DNA of 64,000 nucleotides from Candidatus Velesiimonas alkalicola (lineage in GTDB: Bacteria; Omnitrophota; Gorgyraeia; Velesiimonadales; Velesiimonadaceae): the NCBI GenBank assembly GCA_013626165.1, contig NDHX01000001.1:100817-164816 (forward strand), read 5' to 3'. The notes beneath the pieces are model-generated. The model did no database searches and was not told the DNA's origin. It saw only the letters and a program-made list of their open reading frames with translations. Below, piece by piece: positions 39,761-49,883 of this stretch (positions are counted from its first letter, which is position 1; every line of letters begins with the position of its first letter). The translations under genes and the position numbers were made by a program.

Positions 39761-40387
39761 ATGTTTGAGATAGCGGTAAAAAACATAAAAGGCGAGAATG
39801 TGGGGCAGGTTTCGCTTGATGAGGCGATATTCAATGGGAAAATAAATAAAGATGTCTTGCACGAAATACAGGTTATGGCAGAGGCTAATTTAAGGAAAGG
39901 CACTGCTTCTACCAAAACGAGGGGGGAGGTTTCCGGTGGTGGTAAAAAGCCATGGAGACAGAAAGGAACAGGAAGGGCCCGTGCAGGTTCCATAAGGTCG
40001 CCACTGTGGCGTCATGGTGGGATTGTATTCGGTCCTCATCCTCGGAATTTTCATTACAGTGTAAATAAAAAGATTAGAAAAATTGCATTAGTTTCGGCAC
40101 TAAATTCAACTCTGAAAGAAAACGCCCTTTTTGTTATAGATGCTTTTAATTTAGATTCCTCAAAAACAAAGAATGCAGCAAGCGCAATATCGTCTATTGG
40201 TGTAAGGAAACCTGTTCTTTTTGTGTTTGACAAAATAACCACAGAGGTTAACAGAGTAACAAGAAATATAGAAGGTGTCCGAATTATAATATCTTCAAAT
40301 CTTGATGCTTATAGTGTTTTAAGGTCAAGGTCTGTTGTTTTTACGAAAGATGCGTTAAATAGTATTATAGAGAGATTGAAGAAATGA
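39761..40387 (+). CDS. rplD: 50S ribosomal protein L4
   Basis: GGGKKPWRQKGTGRARAGSIRSPLWRHGG. Confidence 0.93.
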   Translation: MFEIAVKNIKGENVGQVSLDEAIFNGKINKDVLHEIQVMAEANLRKGTASTKTRGEVSGGGKKPWRQKGTGRARAGSIRSPLWRHGGIVFGPHPRNFHYSVNKKIRKIALVSALNSTLKENALFVIDAFNLDSSKTKNAASAISSIGVRKPVLFVFDKITTEVNRVTRNIEGVRIIISSNLDAYSVLRSRSVVFTKDALNSIIERLKK

Positions 40388-40662
40388 AAGACCAGTATGC
40401 AGTTGTAAAAAGTTTATTAAGAACAGAAAAAGGGACCGAACAGAAAAAGATTAATAAGTATCTTTTTCTTGTGGATATGAAGGCTAACAAGGTTCAGGTT
40501 AAAAATGCGGTGGAAAAAATATATAGTGTGAAGGTTGAAGGGGTGAACACATCAATAATGTCTGCAAAACCTAAACGTGTCCGCAATCGTCAGGGTTGGA
40601 CATCAAAATGGAAAAAAGCGGTTATTACCTTGAAAGAGGGAAACAAAATAGAAGCAGAATAA
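40384..40662 (+). CDS. rplW: 50S ribosomal protein L23
   Basis: YLFLVD..ANK..VKNAVEKIY.VKV..VNT. Confidence 0.92.
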   Translation: MKDQYAVVKSLLRTEKGTEQKKINKYLFLVDMKANKVQVKNAVEKIYSVKVEGVNTSIMSAKPKRVRNRQGWTSKWKKAVITLKEGNKIEAE

Positions 40663-40689
40663 TAAATAGAACCTAAGAAAAGGAAACAT

Positions 40690-41511
40690 ATGGGAATAAA
40701 AACATATAAGCCGACAACCCCTGGGTCAAGATGGAAAACAGGTTATACATTTGAAGAAATTACAAAACAGGCGCCGGAAAAATCGTTGATAACTGTTTTA
40801 AAAAAAAAAGGTGGCCGCAATATACACGGTCATATTACAATAAGACACAGGGGTGGCGGCAATAAAAGAAGGTACAGGAGTATAGATTTTAAAAGAGATA
40901 AAACAGACGTGCAAGGCAGAGTGGTAACAATTGAATATGATCCTAACCGTTCTTCAAGGATTGCACTTATACAATATCCAGACGGAGAAAAAAGATATAT
41001 TATATGTCCTCTTGATCTAAAAATAGGAGATACAGTTGCATCTGGTCCTGATGTAGATATAAAGCCCGGCAACGCACTTCTGTTAAGAAAAATACCGACA
41101 GGCACAATTATTCATTGTCTTGAATTGCATCCTGGCAGTGGAGCAGCACTTATCAGAAGCGCAGGGGCATCAGCACAGATGGTTGCAAAAGAAGGTAAAT
41201 ATGCGCATATCAGAATGCCCTCAGGCGAGGTAAGGCTTTTTAGTCTTAATTGTTATGCAACAATAGGACAGGTAGGGAATATAGAACACGGCACAATTTC
41301 TCTTGGCAGAGCCGGTAGAGCAAGGCATATGGGAAGAAGGCCAAAAGTTCGTGGTGTTGCAATGAATCCCCATGACCATCCGATGGGCGGAGGTGAAGGG
41401 AAAGCTTCCGGTGGACAGCCAAGAAGTCCGTGGGGTCAGTATGCAAAAGGATTTAAGACAAGGAAGAAACACAAGGTTTCTGATAAATACATAGTTAAAA
41501 GAAGAAAGTAA
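40690..41511 (+). CDS. rplB: 50S ribosomal protein L2
   Basis: [18 protein letters not shown]..., [31 protein letters not shown]. Confidence 0.95.
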   Translation: MGIKTYKPTTPGSRWKTGYTFEEITKQAPEKSLITVLKKKGGRNIHGHITIRHRGGGNKRRYRSIDFKRDKTDVQGRVVTIEYDPNRSSRIALIQYPDGEKRYIICPLDLKIGDTVASGPDVDIKPGNALLLRKIPTGTIIHCLELHPGSGAALIRSAGASAQMVAKEGKYAHIRMPSGEVRLFSLNCYATIGQVGNIEHGTISLGRAGRARHMGRRPKVRGVAMNPHDHPMGGGEGKASGGQPRSPWGQYAKGFKTRKKHKVSDKYIVKRRK

Positions 41512-41518
41512 AAGAAAC

Positions 41519-41790
41519 AGTAGGTAGTAGATAGTAGATAGTAGGTAGTAGGTAGTAGGTAGTAGGTAGTAGGTAGTAGGTAGTAGGTAGTAGGTAGTAG
41601 ATAGTAGGTAGTAGGTAGTAGATAGGAGATAGTAGGTAGGAAAAAAAATGGTAACTGGTGACCGGTGACTGGAACCCCGGGCACCAGGGCACCCTTTGGG
41701 CAGGAGAAAACATAATCCCCCGACCCATCCTTTGGATGGGTGCCCCGCCCTTCCTTTTGTAAAGAAAGGCAGGGGTGGATTATCTTTTCT
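41519..41790 (+). repeat. composite mosaic repeat occupying the canonical rpsS slot: heptamer array (41519-41640) + GGTAACTGGTGACCGGTGACTGG/GGCACCAG connector + module B
   Basis: Module B at 41711-41783 is shared with 33912-33983 and differs by a few changes inside the hairpins. Confidence 0.75.
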
Positions 41791-41811
41791 AGGATTTAAT
41801 GGGGAATTGAC

Positions 41812-42180
41812 ATGGCAAAAAAAATAGATACAAGAATTGTTTCAAAAGCATTTGCTCGTTATATAAGAATGACACCGAGAAAGGTAAGGGGTGTTATTGA
41901 CCTTGTTCGTGGTAAAAGGCTTAAACTGGCATATTCAATACTCATCGGTGTTAACAAGTCTGCAAGGCTGCCAGTTGAAAAAGTTATAAAATCGGCGGAG
42001 ACAAATGCAAAAAGGTCTTCTCCTACTATAGACACAAGCGGCCTTATTATAAAACATATATGGGCAGATGAAGGTCCCTTGCTTGGATATGGGAAAAGAT
42101 TCAGGGCTGCTCCGATGGGAAGGGCTATGCAAATAAAAAAAAAGACCTGTCATATCGGGGTGGAATTAGCAGTAAAATAA
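41812..42180 (+). CDS. rplV: 50S ribosomal protein L22
   Basis: ARYIRMTPRKVRGVIDLVRGKR...IWADEGP...HIGVELAV. This is L22, not S19. Confidence 0.9.
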   Translation: MAKKIDTRIVSKAFARYIRMTPRKVRGVIDLVRGKRLKLAYSILIGVNKSARLPVEKVIKSAETNAKRSSPTIDTSGLIIKHIWADEGPLLGYGKRFRAAPMGRAMQIKKKTCHIGVELAVK

Positions 42181-42215
42181 TAGTAGATAGTAGGTAGTAG
42201 GTAGTAGGTAGGAGA
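42181..42215 (+). repeat. heptamer array (TAGTAGATAGTAGGTAGTAGGTAGTAGGTAGGAGATGGAGGT) supplying the SD for rpsC
   Basis: GGAGGT lies 6 nt before the GTG start of rpsC. Confidence 0.65.
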
Positions 42216-42227
42216 TGGAGGTAAAAT

Positions 42228-42872
42228 GTGGGACAAAAAGTAAATCCTATTGGTTTAAGATTAGGGATTGTAAAAGACTGGAGTTCTCGTTGGTTTGCGC
42301 CTGCGAAAGATTATGCAGACCTATTAAACGAGGATGTTGGTATAAGAAAATATATCTATAAGTTATTTGCTCAGGCAATGGTTGCAAAGGTTGATATAGA
42401 AAGAGCAGGCGACCGTGTGCGGATTATTATACATACTGCCAGACCGGGAATTATCATAGGAAGAAAAGGGGCAGATGTTGACAGGCTCAAGGAAGATTTA
42501 CAAAAAATTACAAATAATAAAGAAGTTTATATAGATATTCAGGATGTAAAAGAGCCGCTCCTTAATGCAAGACTTGTTGCTGAAAATATTGCATATCAGA
42601 TACGGAAACGTATTTCATACAAAAGAGCAATGAAAAAGGCGATACAGTTAAGTATGAATGCAGGAGCAAAAGGCATAAAAATAGCCTGTGCGGGAAGACT
42701 TGCAGGTGCCGAAATGGCAAGAGAAGAAACAAGAAAAGAAGGGAAAGTTCCTCTTTCTACATTAAGGGCTAATATTGACTATGCATGTATACAGGCGCTT
42801 ACTATGTATGGAACAATAGGTGTAAAGGTTTGGATATATAGTGGAGAAATAGTGCCACAAAAAAATAGGTGA
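42228..42872 (+). CDS. rpsC: 30S ribosomal protein S3
   Basis: GTG start. MGQKVNPIGLRLG...KH domain. Confidence 0.93.
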   Translation: MGQKVNPIGLRLGIVKDWSSRWFAPAKDYADLLNEDVGIRKYIYKLFAQAMVAKVDIERAGDRVRIIIHTARPGIIIGRKGADVDRLKEDLQKITNNKEVYIDIQDVKEPLLNARLVAENIAYQIRKRISYKRAMKKAIQLSMNAGAKGIKIACAGRLAGAEMAREETRKEGKVPLSTLRANIDYACIQALTMYGTIGVKVWIYSGEIVPQKNR

Positions 42873-43030
42873 ATAGGTAAAAACAAGTAGGTAGTAGATA
42901 GGAAAGAATAACCAATAACCAAGTTCTAAACACCAGGCGCTAAACAATAATCAATTTTTCAAATCCCAATTATCAAACTTTGGAATTTTTTATTTCTCAA
43001 ATTGGTGTGTTTTTATGAAGGGGAGTTGAT

Positions 43031-43462
43031 ATGGCTTTAATGATGCCCAAAAGGGTAAAATATAGGAAAGCACAAAGAGGCAGAAGAAAGGGGATTGCAA
43101 CAAAAGGTTCTAACATTTCATTTGGCGAGTTCGGTTTAAAAGCACTTGAAAATGGTTGGATAGGCAACAGACAGATTGAAGCGGCACGTGTTGCATTAAC
43201 CCGTGCAGTAAGAAGAGGAGGAAAACTTTATGTAAGGCTTTTCCCGGATAAGCCCGTTACTAAAAAACCGGCAGAAACAAGGATGGGCAAAGGCAAGGGG
43301 GCAGTTGAAAATTGGGTTGCTGTTGTAAAAAGGGGTAAAATTCTTTTCGAATTAGAGGGTATTCCGGGTACTGTTGCAAAAGAGGCATTCAGACTTGCAG
43401 CGCACAAGTTGCCGATAAGAACATGTTTTGTTGCAAGAAAACATCTGTATAATACAAATTGA
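43031..43462 (+). CDS. rplP: 50S ribosomal protein L16
   Basis: [27 protein letters not shown]. The exact start is uncertain because there are several N-terminal Met codons. Confidence 0.9.
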   Translation: MALMMPKRVKYRKAQRGRRKGIATKGSNISFGEFGLKALENGWIGNRQIEAARVALTRAVRRGGKLYVRLFPDKPVTKKPAETRMGKGKGAVENWVAVVKRGKILFELEGIPGTVAKEAFRLAAHKLPIRTCFVARKHLYNTN

Positions 43463-43561
43463 AAAAGATAAGATTGTTGTTAAATTTTTTTAAAAAATAT
43501 TACCCATAAAGAATGGTAATTTTAAGAAGCAATAGAAATACCGGAAAGCAAAGAAGATAGT

Positions 43562-43753
43562 ATGAAAGCGAAAGAAATAAGAACATTCTCCGCTGAGGAA
43601 AGAAAAAACAGGCTTGGCTCTTTAAAAAAAGAGATTTATGATATTGAATGTAGAAAAAAGACAGGTGAAGCGCAATCCAGCGGGAAGGTAAGAAACATAA
43701 GAAAGGACATTGCAAGAATTTTAACAGTAATGAATCAAAAGGAGCAAAAATGA
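43562..43753 (+). CDS. rpmC: 50S ribosomal protein L29
   Basis: 63 aa, EIR..S.EE....L..LKKE. Confidence 0.85.
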   Translation: MKAKEIRTFSAEERKNRLGSLKKEIYDIECRKKTGEAQSSGKVRNIRKDIARILTVMNQKEQK

Positions 43754-44004
43754 CAGGTAGGGTAAGAAAAAGAAAAGTTAAAGAGGGTGTTATTGTAAGC
43801 GACAAAATGAATAAGACGGTGATTGTTAAGGTTACAAGAAGAGCCAAACATCCTGTATATGGGAAGATTGTATCAAGGGCTAAAAATTTTATGACTCATA
43901 ATGAAAACATTGCAAAATTGGGTGATAAAGTAAAAATAATGGAAACCCGCCCTCTTTCAAAAAATAAAAGGTGGCGTGTTGTAGAAGTGGTGAAAAAACT
44001 TTAA
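43750..44004 (+). CDS. rpsQ: 30S ribosomal protein S17
   Basis: [16 protein letters not shown]...HP.YGK......K...H.EN.A..GD.V.I.E.RPLSK.K.W. Confidence 0.92.
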   Translation: MTGRVRKRKVKEGVIVSDKMNKTVIVKVTRRAKHPVYGKIVSRAKNFMTHNENIAKLGDKVKIMETRPLSKNKRWRVVEVVKKL

Positions 44005-44064
44005 TTTCATGTGGATTATAAAATGACAAATAGCGGATTTTGTTTTAAAGAGGCAATTTAAGCA

Positions 44065-44433
44065 ATGATACAGATGAGAACTATATTAGATGTTGCAGAT
44101 AATACAGGAGCAAAACGAGCCTCTATGATAGGTGTTCTTTATAAGGGAGGAAAACTTACTGGAAGAGTCGGTGATATTATTACATGCAATATAAAAGAAT
44201 CTTCGCCTGATGCTGTTGTAAAAAAGGGCGAGGTTACAAGAGCAGTTATAGTAAGAACTAAAAACTGGATAAGAAGAAAAGATGGTTCTGCTGTTAAATT
44301 TGATTCAAATGCAATTGTAATTATAGATCCCCAAGGAAATCCTCGTGGAACCCGTGTGTTCGGTCCCATTGCGAGAGAAATAAGAGATAAGGAGTTTATA
44401 AAGATTGCGTCTTTGGCGCCGGAACTGGTATAA
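44065..44433 (+). CDS. rplN: 50S ribosomal protein L14
   Basis: MIQMRTILDVADNTGAK. Confidence 0.95.
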   Translation: MIQMRTILDVADNTGAKRASMIGVLYKGGKLTGRVGDIITCNIKESSPDAVVKKGEVTRAVIVRTKNWIRRKDGSAVKFDSNAIVIIDPQGNPRGTRVFGPIAREIRDKEFIKIASLAPELV

Positions 44434-44459
44434 ACATAAACTTAAAAAGGGAAATACTT

Positions 44460-44813
44460 ATGTTTAAAATTAAAAAAGATGATACAGTTGTTGTTTTAAA
44501 AGGAAGGGACAGGGGAAAGACCGGAAAGGTTTTAAAAATTTTTACCTCCTGCGGAAAACCCGAAAGAGCACTTGTCCAGGGAATCCAGATTGTGAAAAGG
44601 CACTTAAAAAAAAGGAAACAGGATGAGCCAGCCGGTATAGTTGAAAAAGAGGCGCCTATAAATGTAAGCAATATTGCGCCACTATGTAGTAAATGCAAAA
44701 AACCGGCAAGGGTTGGTTTTAAGATAGAGGATTCAAAATCATCGCAAAGTGGCTCCTCCATACTTGCAAAGAAGATTCGTTATTGTAAAAAGTGCAAGGA
44801 AGCGATCATATGA
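44460..44813 (+). CDS. rplX: 50S ribosomal protein L24 with a Cys4 C-terminal extension
   Basis: KOW motif KKDDTVVVLKGRDRGKTGKV. C-terminal CSKCKK...CKKCKE. Confidence 0.92.
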   Translation: MFKIKKDDTVVVLKGRDRGKTGKVLKIFTSCGKPERALVQGIQIVKRHLKKRKQDEPAGIVEKEAPINVSNIAPLCSKCKKPARVGFKIEDSKSSQSGSSILAKKIRYCKKCKEAII

Positions 44814-45352
44814 TGCCGAGAATACTTGAAAAATACAGGAAAGAAACAATCCCCCATTTAAGGAAAAATATAGGGATAAACAATGTAATGGCATTGCCCA
44901 AGATGTCCAAGATTGTTGTAAATGTTGGTTGTGGGGAAGGGGCAAAAGATATAAAGATACTTGAAGGCATAAGAAATGACCTTGCTACAATTACCGGACA
45001 GATGCCGGTTATAACAAGAGCGAAGAAGGCTATTGCAAATTTTAAGATAAGAGAAAAACAGACAATAGGATGTATGGTTACATTAAGAGGGGTAAGGATG
45101 TATGAGTTTTTTGACAGGCTTGTTAATGCAACGCTTCCTCGTATCAGGGATTTCAGGGGTGTTTCTGTTAAAGGTTTTGATGGACAGGGAAATTATAATC
45201 TTGGTCTGCTAGAACATACGGTATTTCCGGAGATTGACATAGACAGGGTTACAAAAGTATTTGGTATGAATATAACAATTGTTATAAAGAACGGAAGTCC
45301 AAATGGGTCATATCAATTGCTTAAATTGCTTGGTATGCCATTTCAGAAATAG
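44810..45352 (+). CDS. rplE: 50S ribosomal protein L5
   Basis: MMPRILEKYRKE...NVMALPKMSKIVVNVGCGEG. Confidence 0.92.
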   Translation: MMPRILEKYRKETIPHLRKNIGINNVMALPKMSKIVVNVGCGEGAKDIKILEGIRNDLATITGQMPVITRAKKAIANFKIREKQTIGCMVTLRGVRMYEFFDRLVNATLPRIRDFRGVSVKGFDGQGNYNLGLLEHTVFPEIDIDRVTKVFGMNITIVIKNGSPNGSYQLLKLLGMPFQK

Positions 45353-45361
45353 GAGAATTTT

Positions 45362-45547
45362 ATGGCAAAAAAGTCTTTGATAAATAAGGCAAATAGACTG
45401 CCAAAATTTAAGACAAGGGCGTATAACAGATGTAGACAATGCGGAAGAAGTGGCGGATACTTAAAAAGATTTAAACTTTGCAGGCTTTGTTTCAGAGAGT
45501 TAGCATCCCGGGGAGAAATTCCAGGTGTTGTAAAAGCAAGTTGGTAA
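45362..45547 (+). CDS. rpsZ: 30S ribosomal protein S14 (zinc-binding type Z)
   Basis: 61 aa, [25 protein letters not shown]. Confidence 0.9.
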   Translation: MAKKSLINKANRLPKFKTRAYNRCRQCGRSGGYLKRFKLCRLCFRELASRGEIPGVVKASW

Positions 45548-45564
45548 AAATTCAGGAGGAATGA

Positions 45565-45981
45565 ATGGCTTTAACTGACCCTGTGGCAGACTTTCTTACA
45601 AGAATTAGAAATGCAAGTAATGCAAGAAAAGAAAATGTTGATGTTTGTAGTTCTCGTCTTATAAGTGAAATATTAAGAATATTAAAACAAGAAAGGTATA
45701 TTCTTAATTATAAGCAATTGGAAGAAGGCCAGAAAGGCTTACCACGAGTAAAAAACAGATATCGTGTATACTTAAGAATGACAAGAAAAGGGGAACCTGT
45801 AATTCAGGGTATTTCAAAAATTTCAAAACCTGGTTTAAGAATTTATGCAGATGTTAATAAATTGGCAAAAATCAGAAGGCACTTAGGTGTTGCTGTTGTA
45901 TCCACATCAAAAGGAATTATGACGGATAAAGAGGCAAGGAAGAACAAAATAGGCGGAGAAGTTGTTTGCAGGATATGGTAG
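45565..45981 (+). CDS. rpsH: 30S ribosomal protein S8
   Basis: MALTDPVADFLTRIRNA. Confidence 0.93.
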   Translation: MALTDPVADFLTRIRNASNARKENVDVCSSRLISEILRILKQERYILNYKQLEEGQKGLPRVKNRYRVYLRMTRKGEPVIQGISKISKPGLRIYADVNKLAKIRRHLGVAVVSTSKGIMTDKEARKNKIGGEVVCRIW

Positions 45982-45993
45982 GGGATAGGTAAA

Positions 45994-46066
45994 CAGGTGA
46001 CAGGTGACCGGTGCACTGGTGCACTGATGCACTGATGCACTGATGCACTGGTGCACTGGTGCACTA
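45994..46066 (+). repeat. GGTGACAGG + octamer array (GCACTGRT)x7
   Basis: caggtgacaggtgaccggtgcactggtgcactgatgcactgatgcactgatgcactggtgcactggtgcact. Confidence 0.75.
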
Positions 46067-46080
46067 TTAAAGAGGAAGAT

Positions 46081-46635
46081 ATGTCAAAGATAGGCAAGAG
46101 ACCGATTTTGTTGCCAAAGGGCGTTACAACACAGATAAAGTCTGATACTGTTGTAATAACCGGACCAAAAGGAGCGTGTGAAAAAACTCTTCCAACAGGT
46201 GTTCAAATTCAGCAGAATGAAAATCAAATTTTTATTACTACGCAAGGTACGGGCGCACAAAATGCATCACACTGGAATACAATTCAGGGGACCATCAGGA
46301 GTCATATTAAAAATATGATTCAAGGCGTATCAGAAGGTTTTCAAAAGGAACTTGATATTGTTGGTGCTGGTTACAGGGCACAGGTTTTGGGAAAAAAGTT
46401 AAATATATATTTAGGTTTCACACACCCTATCAATTATGATATACCTGCTGGCATAATCATAGAAGTTCCCAAACCTACATCAATAATTATAAAAGGGGTT
46501 AATAAGGAGTTAGTGGGCAGGGTTGCAGGAGAGATAAGAGGTGTTATGAGGCCTGAACCGTATAAAGGTAAGGGCATAAGATATAACAAAGAGATTGTCA
46601 GGAAAAAGGCTGGAAAGGCAGTAGCAGGAAAATAA
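46081..46635 (+). CDS. rplF: 50S ribosomal protein L6
   Basis: ATG after AAGAGGAAG. MSKIGKRPILLPKGV. Confidence 0.92.
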   Translation: MSKIGKRPILLPKGVTTQIKSDTVVITGPKGACEKTLPTGVQIQQNENQIFITTQGTGAQNASHWNTIQGTIRSHIKNMIQGVSEGFQKELDIVGAGYRAQVLGKKLNIYLGFTHPINYDIPAGIIIEVPKPTSIIIKGVNKELVGRVAGEIRGVMRPEPYKGKGIRYNKEIVRKKAGKAVAGK

Positions 46636-46659
46636 AAATTAGTATCTAGTAGATAGAGG

Positions 46660-46950
46660 AAAAAATGGTGACTGGCATAAGAGGCAGGAGGTAGTAGGTA
46701 GTAGATAGTAGGCAGTAGATAGTAGGTAGTAGATAGTAGGTAGTAGATAGTAGGTAGGAGGTAGGATAAAAAATGGGGACTGGCGACTGGAACCCCTGGC
46801 ACCAGGGTATCCTTCAGATGGGGGGGGGATTATGTTTTGAATTTATTTGTAATTTGAGATTTGTTTAAGATTTCCTCGTTAGAAGTAAAAAAACTTCTAA
46901 ACGGGGTTTGTATCTTCGGATACTTTCCGGGTGTGGCACTTCGGAGAACG
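46660..46950 (+). repeat. composite mosaic repeat: GGTGACTGG connector + heptamer array (46677-46766) + GACTGG..GGCACCAG + G-run + module A (46902-46950)
   Basis: The first ~150 nt are near-identical to 23962-24100. Module A is identical to 24109-24157. Confidence 0.75.
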
Positions 46951-46982
46951 GTCTCTACGGTAAATATTGTTTATGGGGGCAC

Positions 46983-47339
46983 ATGAAAGTAAATAATCAA
47001 ATAGGATTGCTCAGGCGCCACAAGCGTATAAGAAAAAAAATATCAGGAACTGAGAAAAGACCGAGACTTTGCGTTCATAGAAGTCATAAAAATTTATACG
47101 CTCAGATTATAGATGATACGCAAGGAAAGACACTGGTTTCATTTTCTACTTTAAGCCCTGAATTTTCTGGGCAAAAAGGTGGAAATATTAAGTCTGCAGA
47201 ATCACTTGGTGAAAAAATAGCAAAGATTGCTGTGGAAAAAGGGCTCAGTGAAGTCATATTTGACAGGGGTGGCTATCTTTATCACGGGAAGATAAAGGCA
47301 TTTGCAGACGCAGCTCGCAAGGCAGGTTTGAAGTTTTAA
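46983..47339 (+). CDS. rplR: 50S ribosomal protein L18
   Basis: ATG at 46983 after [24 protein letters not shown]. The upstream 25 codons of the listed ORF are repeat-derived. Confidence 0.9.
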   Translation: MKVNNQIGLLRRHKRIRKKISGTEKRPRLCVHRSHKNLYAQIIDDTQGKTLVSFSTLSPEFSGQKGGNIKSAESLGEKIAKIAVEKGLSEVIFDRGGYLYHGKIKAFADAARKAGLKF

Positions 47340-47350
47340 AGGGGGTTAAT

Positions 47351-47950
47351 TTGGCCGAGGAATTAAAAATATCTGAAGAAAAAACATCCACAGAGTCCCC
47401 AACCCAGGATGCACCAGTTATAGAAGTTACTCCTAATGTTAAAAGGTCAGATTCTTTGCAGAAAGAAACAATCACGCCCTTTATGGTTAAAGAAAAAGAA
47501 GAGGAATGGATAGAAAAGGTTGTAAGTATAAACAGAACCGCAAAGGTTGTAAAGGGGGGAAGAAGAATGGCATTTAGCGCTCTTGTTGTTACAGGCAATA
47601 CCCGGGGACAGGTTGGTTTTGGTGTGGGCAAGGCAAACGAGGTAGTAAATGCCATAAGAAAAGGTGGGAACGAGGCCCGTAAGTCTTTATTTAATGTTAT
47701 GTTAAAAGGTACAACTATTCCTTACCAGGCAATAGGGCACTGTGGGGCTGCAAGAGTTTTAATTAAACCTGCATCAAGGGGTACCGGTGTCATTGCAGGT
47801 GGTGCCGTAAGAGCAGTTTGTGAAGTGGCGGGTATAAAAGACATACTTGCAAAATGTCTTAAATCTGATAATCCTGTAAATGTTGTAAGAGCAACGGTTG
47901 ATGCATTCAAAAAAATGGGAAAGGCAGGATTAAAAGATGAAATTGAATGA
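47351..47950 (+). CDS. rpsE: 30S ribosomal protein S5 (with a ~44-aa N-terminal extension if the TTG start is used)
   Basis: [43 protein letters not shown] at 47351 follows AAGGGGGT. Confidence 0.85.
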   Translation: MAEELKISEEKTSTESPTQDAPVIEVTPNVKRSDSLQKETITPFMVKEKEEEWIEKVVSINRTAKVVKGGRRMAFSALVVTGNTRGQVGFGVGKANEVVNAIRKGGNEARKSLFNVMLKGTTIPYQAIGHCGAARVLIKPASRGTGVIAGGAVRAVCEVAGIKDILAKCLKSDNPVNVVRATVDAFKKMGKAGLKDEIE

Positions 47951-48386
47951 GATTGCAAAAATTAAGGGTTGGAGAAAGAATGCAAAAAGGGTCGGCCGTG
48001 GGCCTGGCTCAGGGCATGGGAAAACATCCTGCAAAGGACAAAAGGGGCAGACATCAAGAGCGGGAAGAGCCACGAAACCGGGTTTTGAAGGAGGACAGAC
48101 CCCTCTTATAAAAAGAATACCTAAAAGAGGTTTTACAAGTTATCCCAAAACTGTCTATCAGGTAGTAAATCTTGATAGATTGAATACATTGCAAGATAAT
48201 ACAGAAATTGACTTAAAAGCAATGATAGAAAAAGGATGGATAAAGCACGGTCCTGTAAAAATACTTGGGAAAGGAGAATTAACCAAAAATGTTAGTGTGC
48301 AGGCAAATGCGTTTTCAAAAAGTGCAGTGGACAAAATAGAGAAAGCAGGTGGCAAAGCTGTTGCTTTAAGGTCCATACCTCAATAA
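47937..48386 (+). CDS. rplO: 50S ribosomal protein L15
   Basis: [19 protein letters not shown]. Overlaps the rpsE end, so no rpmD lies between them. Confidence 0.92.
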   Translation: MKLNEIAKIKGWRKNAKRVGRGPGSGHGKTSCKGQKGQTSRAGRATKPGFEGGQTPLIKRIPKRGFTSYPKTVYQVVNLDRLNTLQDNTEIDLKAMIEKGWIKHGPVKILGKGELTKNVSVQANAFSKSAVDKIEKAGGKAVALRSIPQ

Positions 48387-48536
48387 GTTTATACCAAAGT
48401 AGGATTTTCTTGGACAGGACAATAAAAGAAGATATAGGAGATAGTTTCATGGGGACAAGTTTTTTCGTCATTCCACGATTCAATAGGTCCTGCCTGCCAG
48501 TGTGCATAGCGGGGAATCCAGGCATAAAGGAGTGAT

Positions 48537-49871
48537 ATGTTTAAGGCATTTGCAAATGCTTTTAAAATAGAGGATTTAAGAAAGAAGATTATTATTACTC
48601 TTGCACTTCTGTGTGTCTTGAGGATAGGTTCTTATATCCCTGTGCCGGGTATAGACCATGTTGAGCTGGGGAAGTTTATTAGACAGTTGCAGATGGGTTT
48701 TGCCGGGCAGGCTGTATTTGGAATGATGGATCTTTTTACAGGTGGTGCAATGAGTCAGTTGACTGTATTTGCGCTTGGTATTATGCCATATATCTCTGCT
48801 TCTATTATTTTTCAACTTCTTACCGCTGTTGTTCCCTCATTAGAAAAACTTGCAAAAGAAGGAGAAAGTGGAAGAAGAAAATTAAATACGTATATCAGAT
48901 ATGCAGCAATCGGGATAGGCATATTTCAGGCAATGCTTATAAGTGTTGGGATTGAGAATCCAAGGAATACGGGTGGTTTCTCTCTTGTCTTAAATCCTGG
49001 ATTGCCTTTTCGTTTTGTAGCCATACTTTCAATGGCGACAGGGACAACATTTATTATGTGGCTCGGCGAGCAGATACAGGAATATGGGATTGGGAATGGT
49101 ATGTCGCTTATTATCGCAGCAGGCATTGTTTCAAGAATACCTGCTGCTATTGGACTTATGGTAGAGGTTGTCAGATTAGGACAGGTGCAAGCCTACACTA
49201 TTATACCGCTTCTTGTACTTCTTGTTGCAGTTACAATGGCAATTGTTTTGATAACACAGGCTGCAAGAAAAATACCAGTACAATATGCAAAAAGGGTTGT
49301 TGGCAGGAAAGTGTATGGCGGAGCAAGTACATATATACCATTAAGAGTAAATCAGGCCGGTGTTATTCCCATTATATTTGCACAAACCATTATTATGTTC
49401 CCGGCTGTAATTGCCAGTTTTATTCCTAATGAGGCATTTCGTAAGTTTGCAGATTGGTTAACAAGAGGACATATACTTTATACATCTCTTTATGCAATGC
49501 TTATAATTATTTTTGCATATTTTTATACGGCAATAGTATTTAATCCCATAGATATTGCAGAGAATATGAAGAAATATGGCGGTTTTGTCCCCGGCATAAG
49601 ACCGGGTAAGCCAACTGCTGATTATTTTGATTTTGTTATGACAAGGATTACACTTCCCGGAGCACTTTTCCTTGCCCTTGTTGCGATATTTCCGGATTTG
49701 ATTACATACTGGTTTAGGATTCCGTATCTTCCGGCAAGCTTTTTTGGCGGCACAGGGCTTCTTATTGTTGTCGGTGTTATGCTTGATACAAGCCGCCAGA
49801 TAGAAACTCACCTTCTTATGAGAGACTATGAGGGTTTTATGAAAAAGGGAAGGATAAAGGGAAGAAGATAG
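48537..49871 (+). CDS. secY: preprotein translocase subunit SecY
   Basis: 444 aa, 10-TM pattern, GIMPYISASIIFQLL. Confidence 0.95.
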   Translation: MFKAFANAFKIEDLRKKIIITLALLCVLRIGSYIPVPGIDHVELGKFIRQLQMGFAGQAVFGMMDLFTGGAMSQLTVFALGIMPYISASIIFQLLTAVVPSLEKLAKEGESGRRKLNTYIRYAAIGIGIFQAMLISVGIENPRNTGGFSLVLNPGLPFRFVAILSMATGTTFIMWLGEQIQEYGIGNGMSLIIAAGIVSRIPAAIGLMVEVVRLGQVQAYTIIPLLVLLVAVTMAIVLITQAARKIPVQYAKRVVGRKVYGGASTYIPLRVNQAGVIPIIFAQTIIMFPAVIASFIPNEAFRKFADWLTRGHILYTSLYAMLIIIFAYFYTAIVFNPIDIAENMKKYGGFVPGIRPGKPTADYFDFVMTRITLPGALFLALVAIFPDLITYWFRIPYLPASFFGGTGLLIVVGVMLDTSRQIETHLLMRDYEGFMKKGRIKGRR

Positions 49872-49883
49872 GATAATTTTTTA

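Noticed and set aside
41436-41728. Minus-strand ORFs translating to [14 protein letters not shown]... (also 33647-34030, 23846-24178, 46434-46802)
   Set aside because: These are translations of the reverse complement of the GTAGGTA heptamer arrays. They have no start context and are not genes.
41812-42180. Reading the ORF at the S19 position as rpsS
   Set aside because: The sequence (ARYIRMTPRKVRGVIDLVRGKR...HIGVELAV) is L22. S19 is genuinely absent from the slot.
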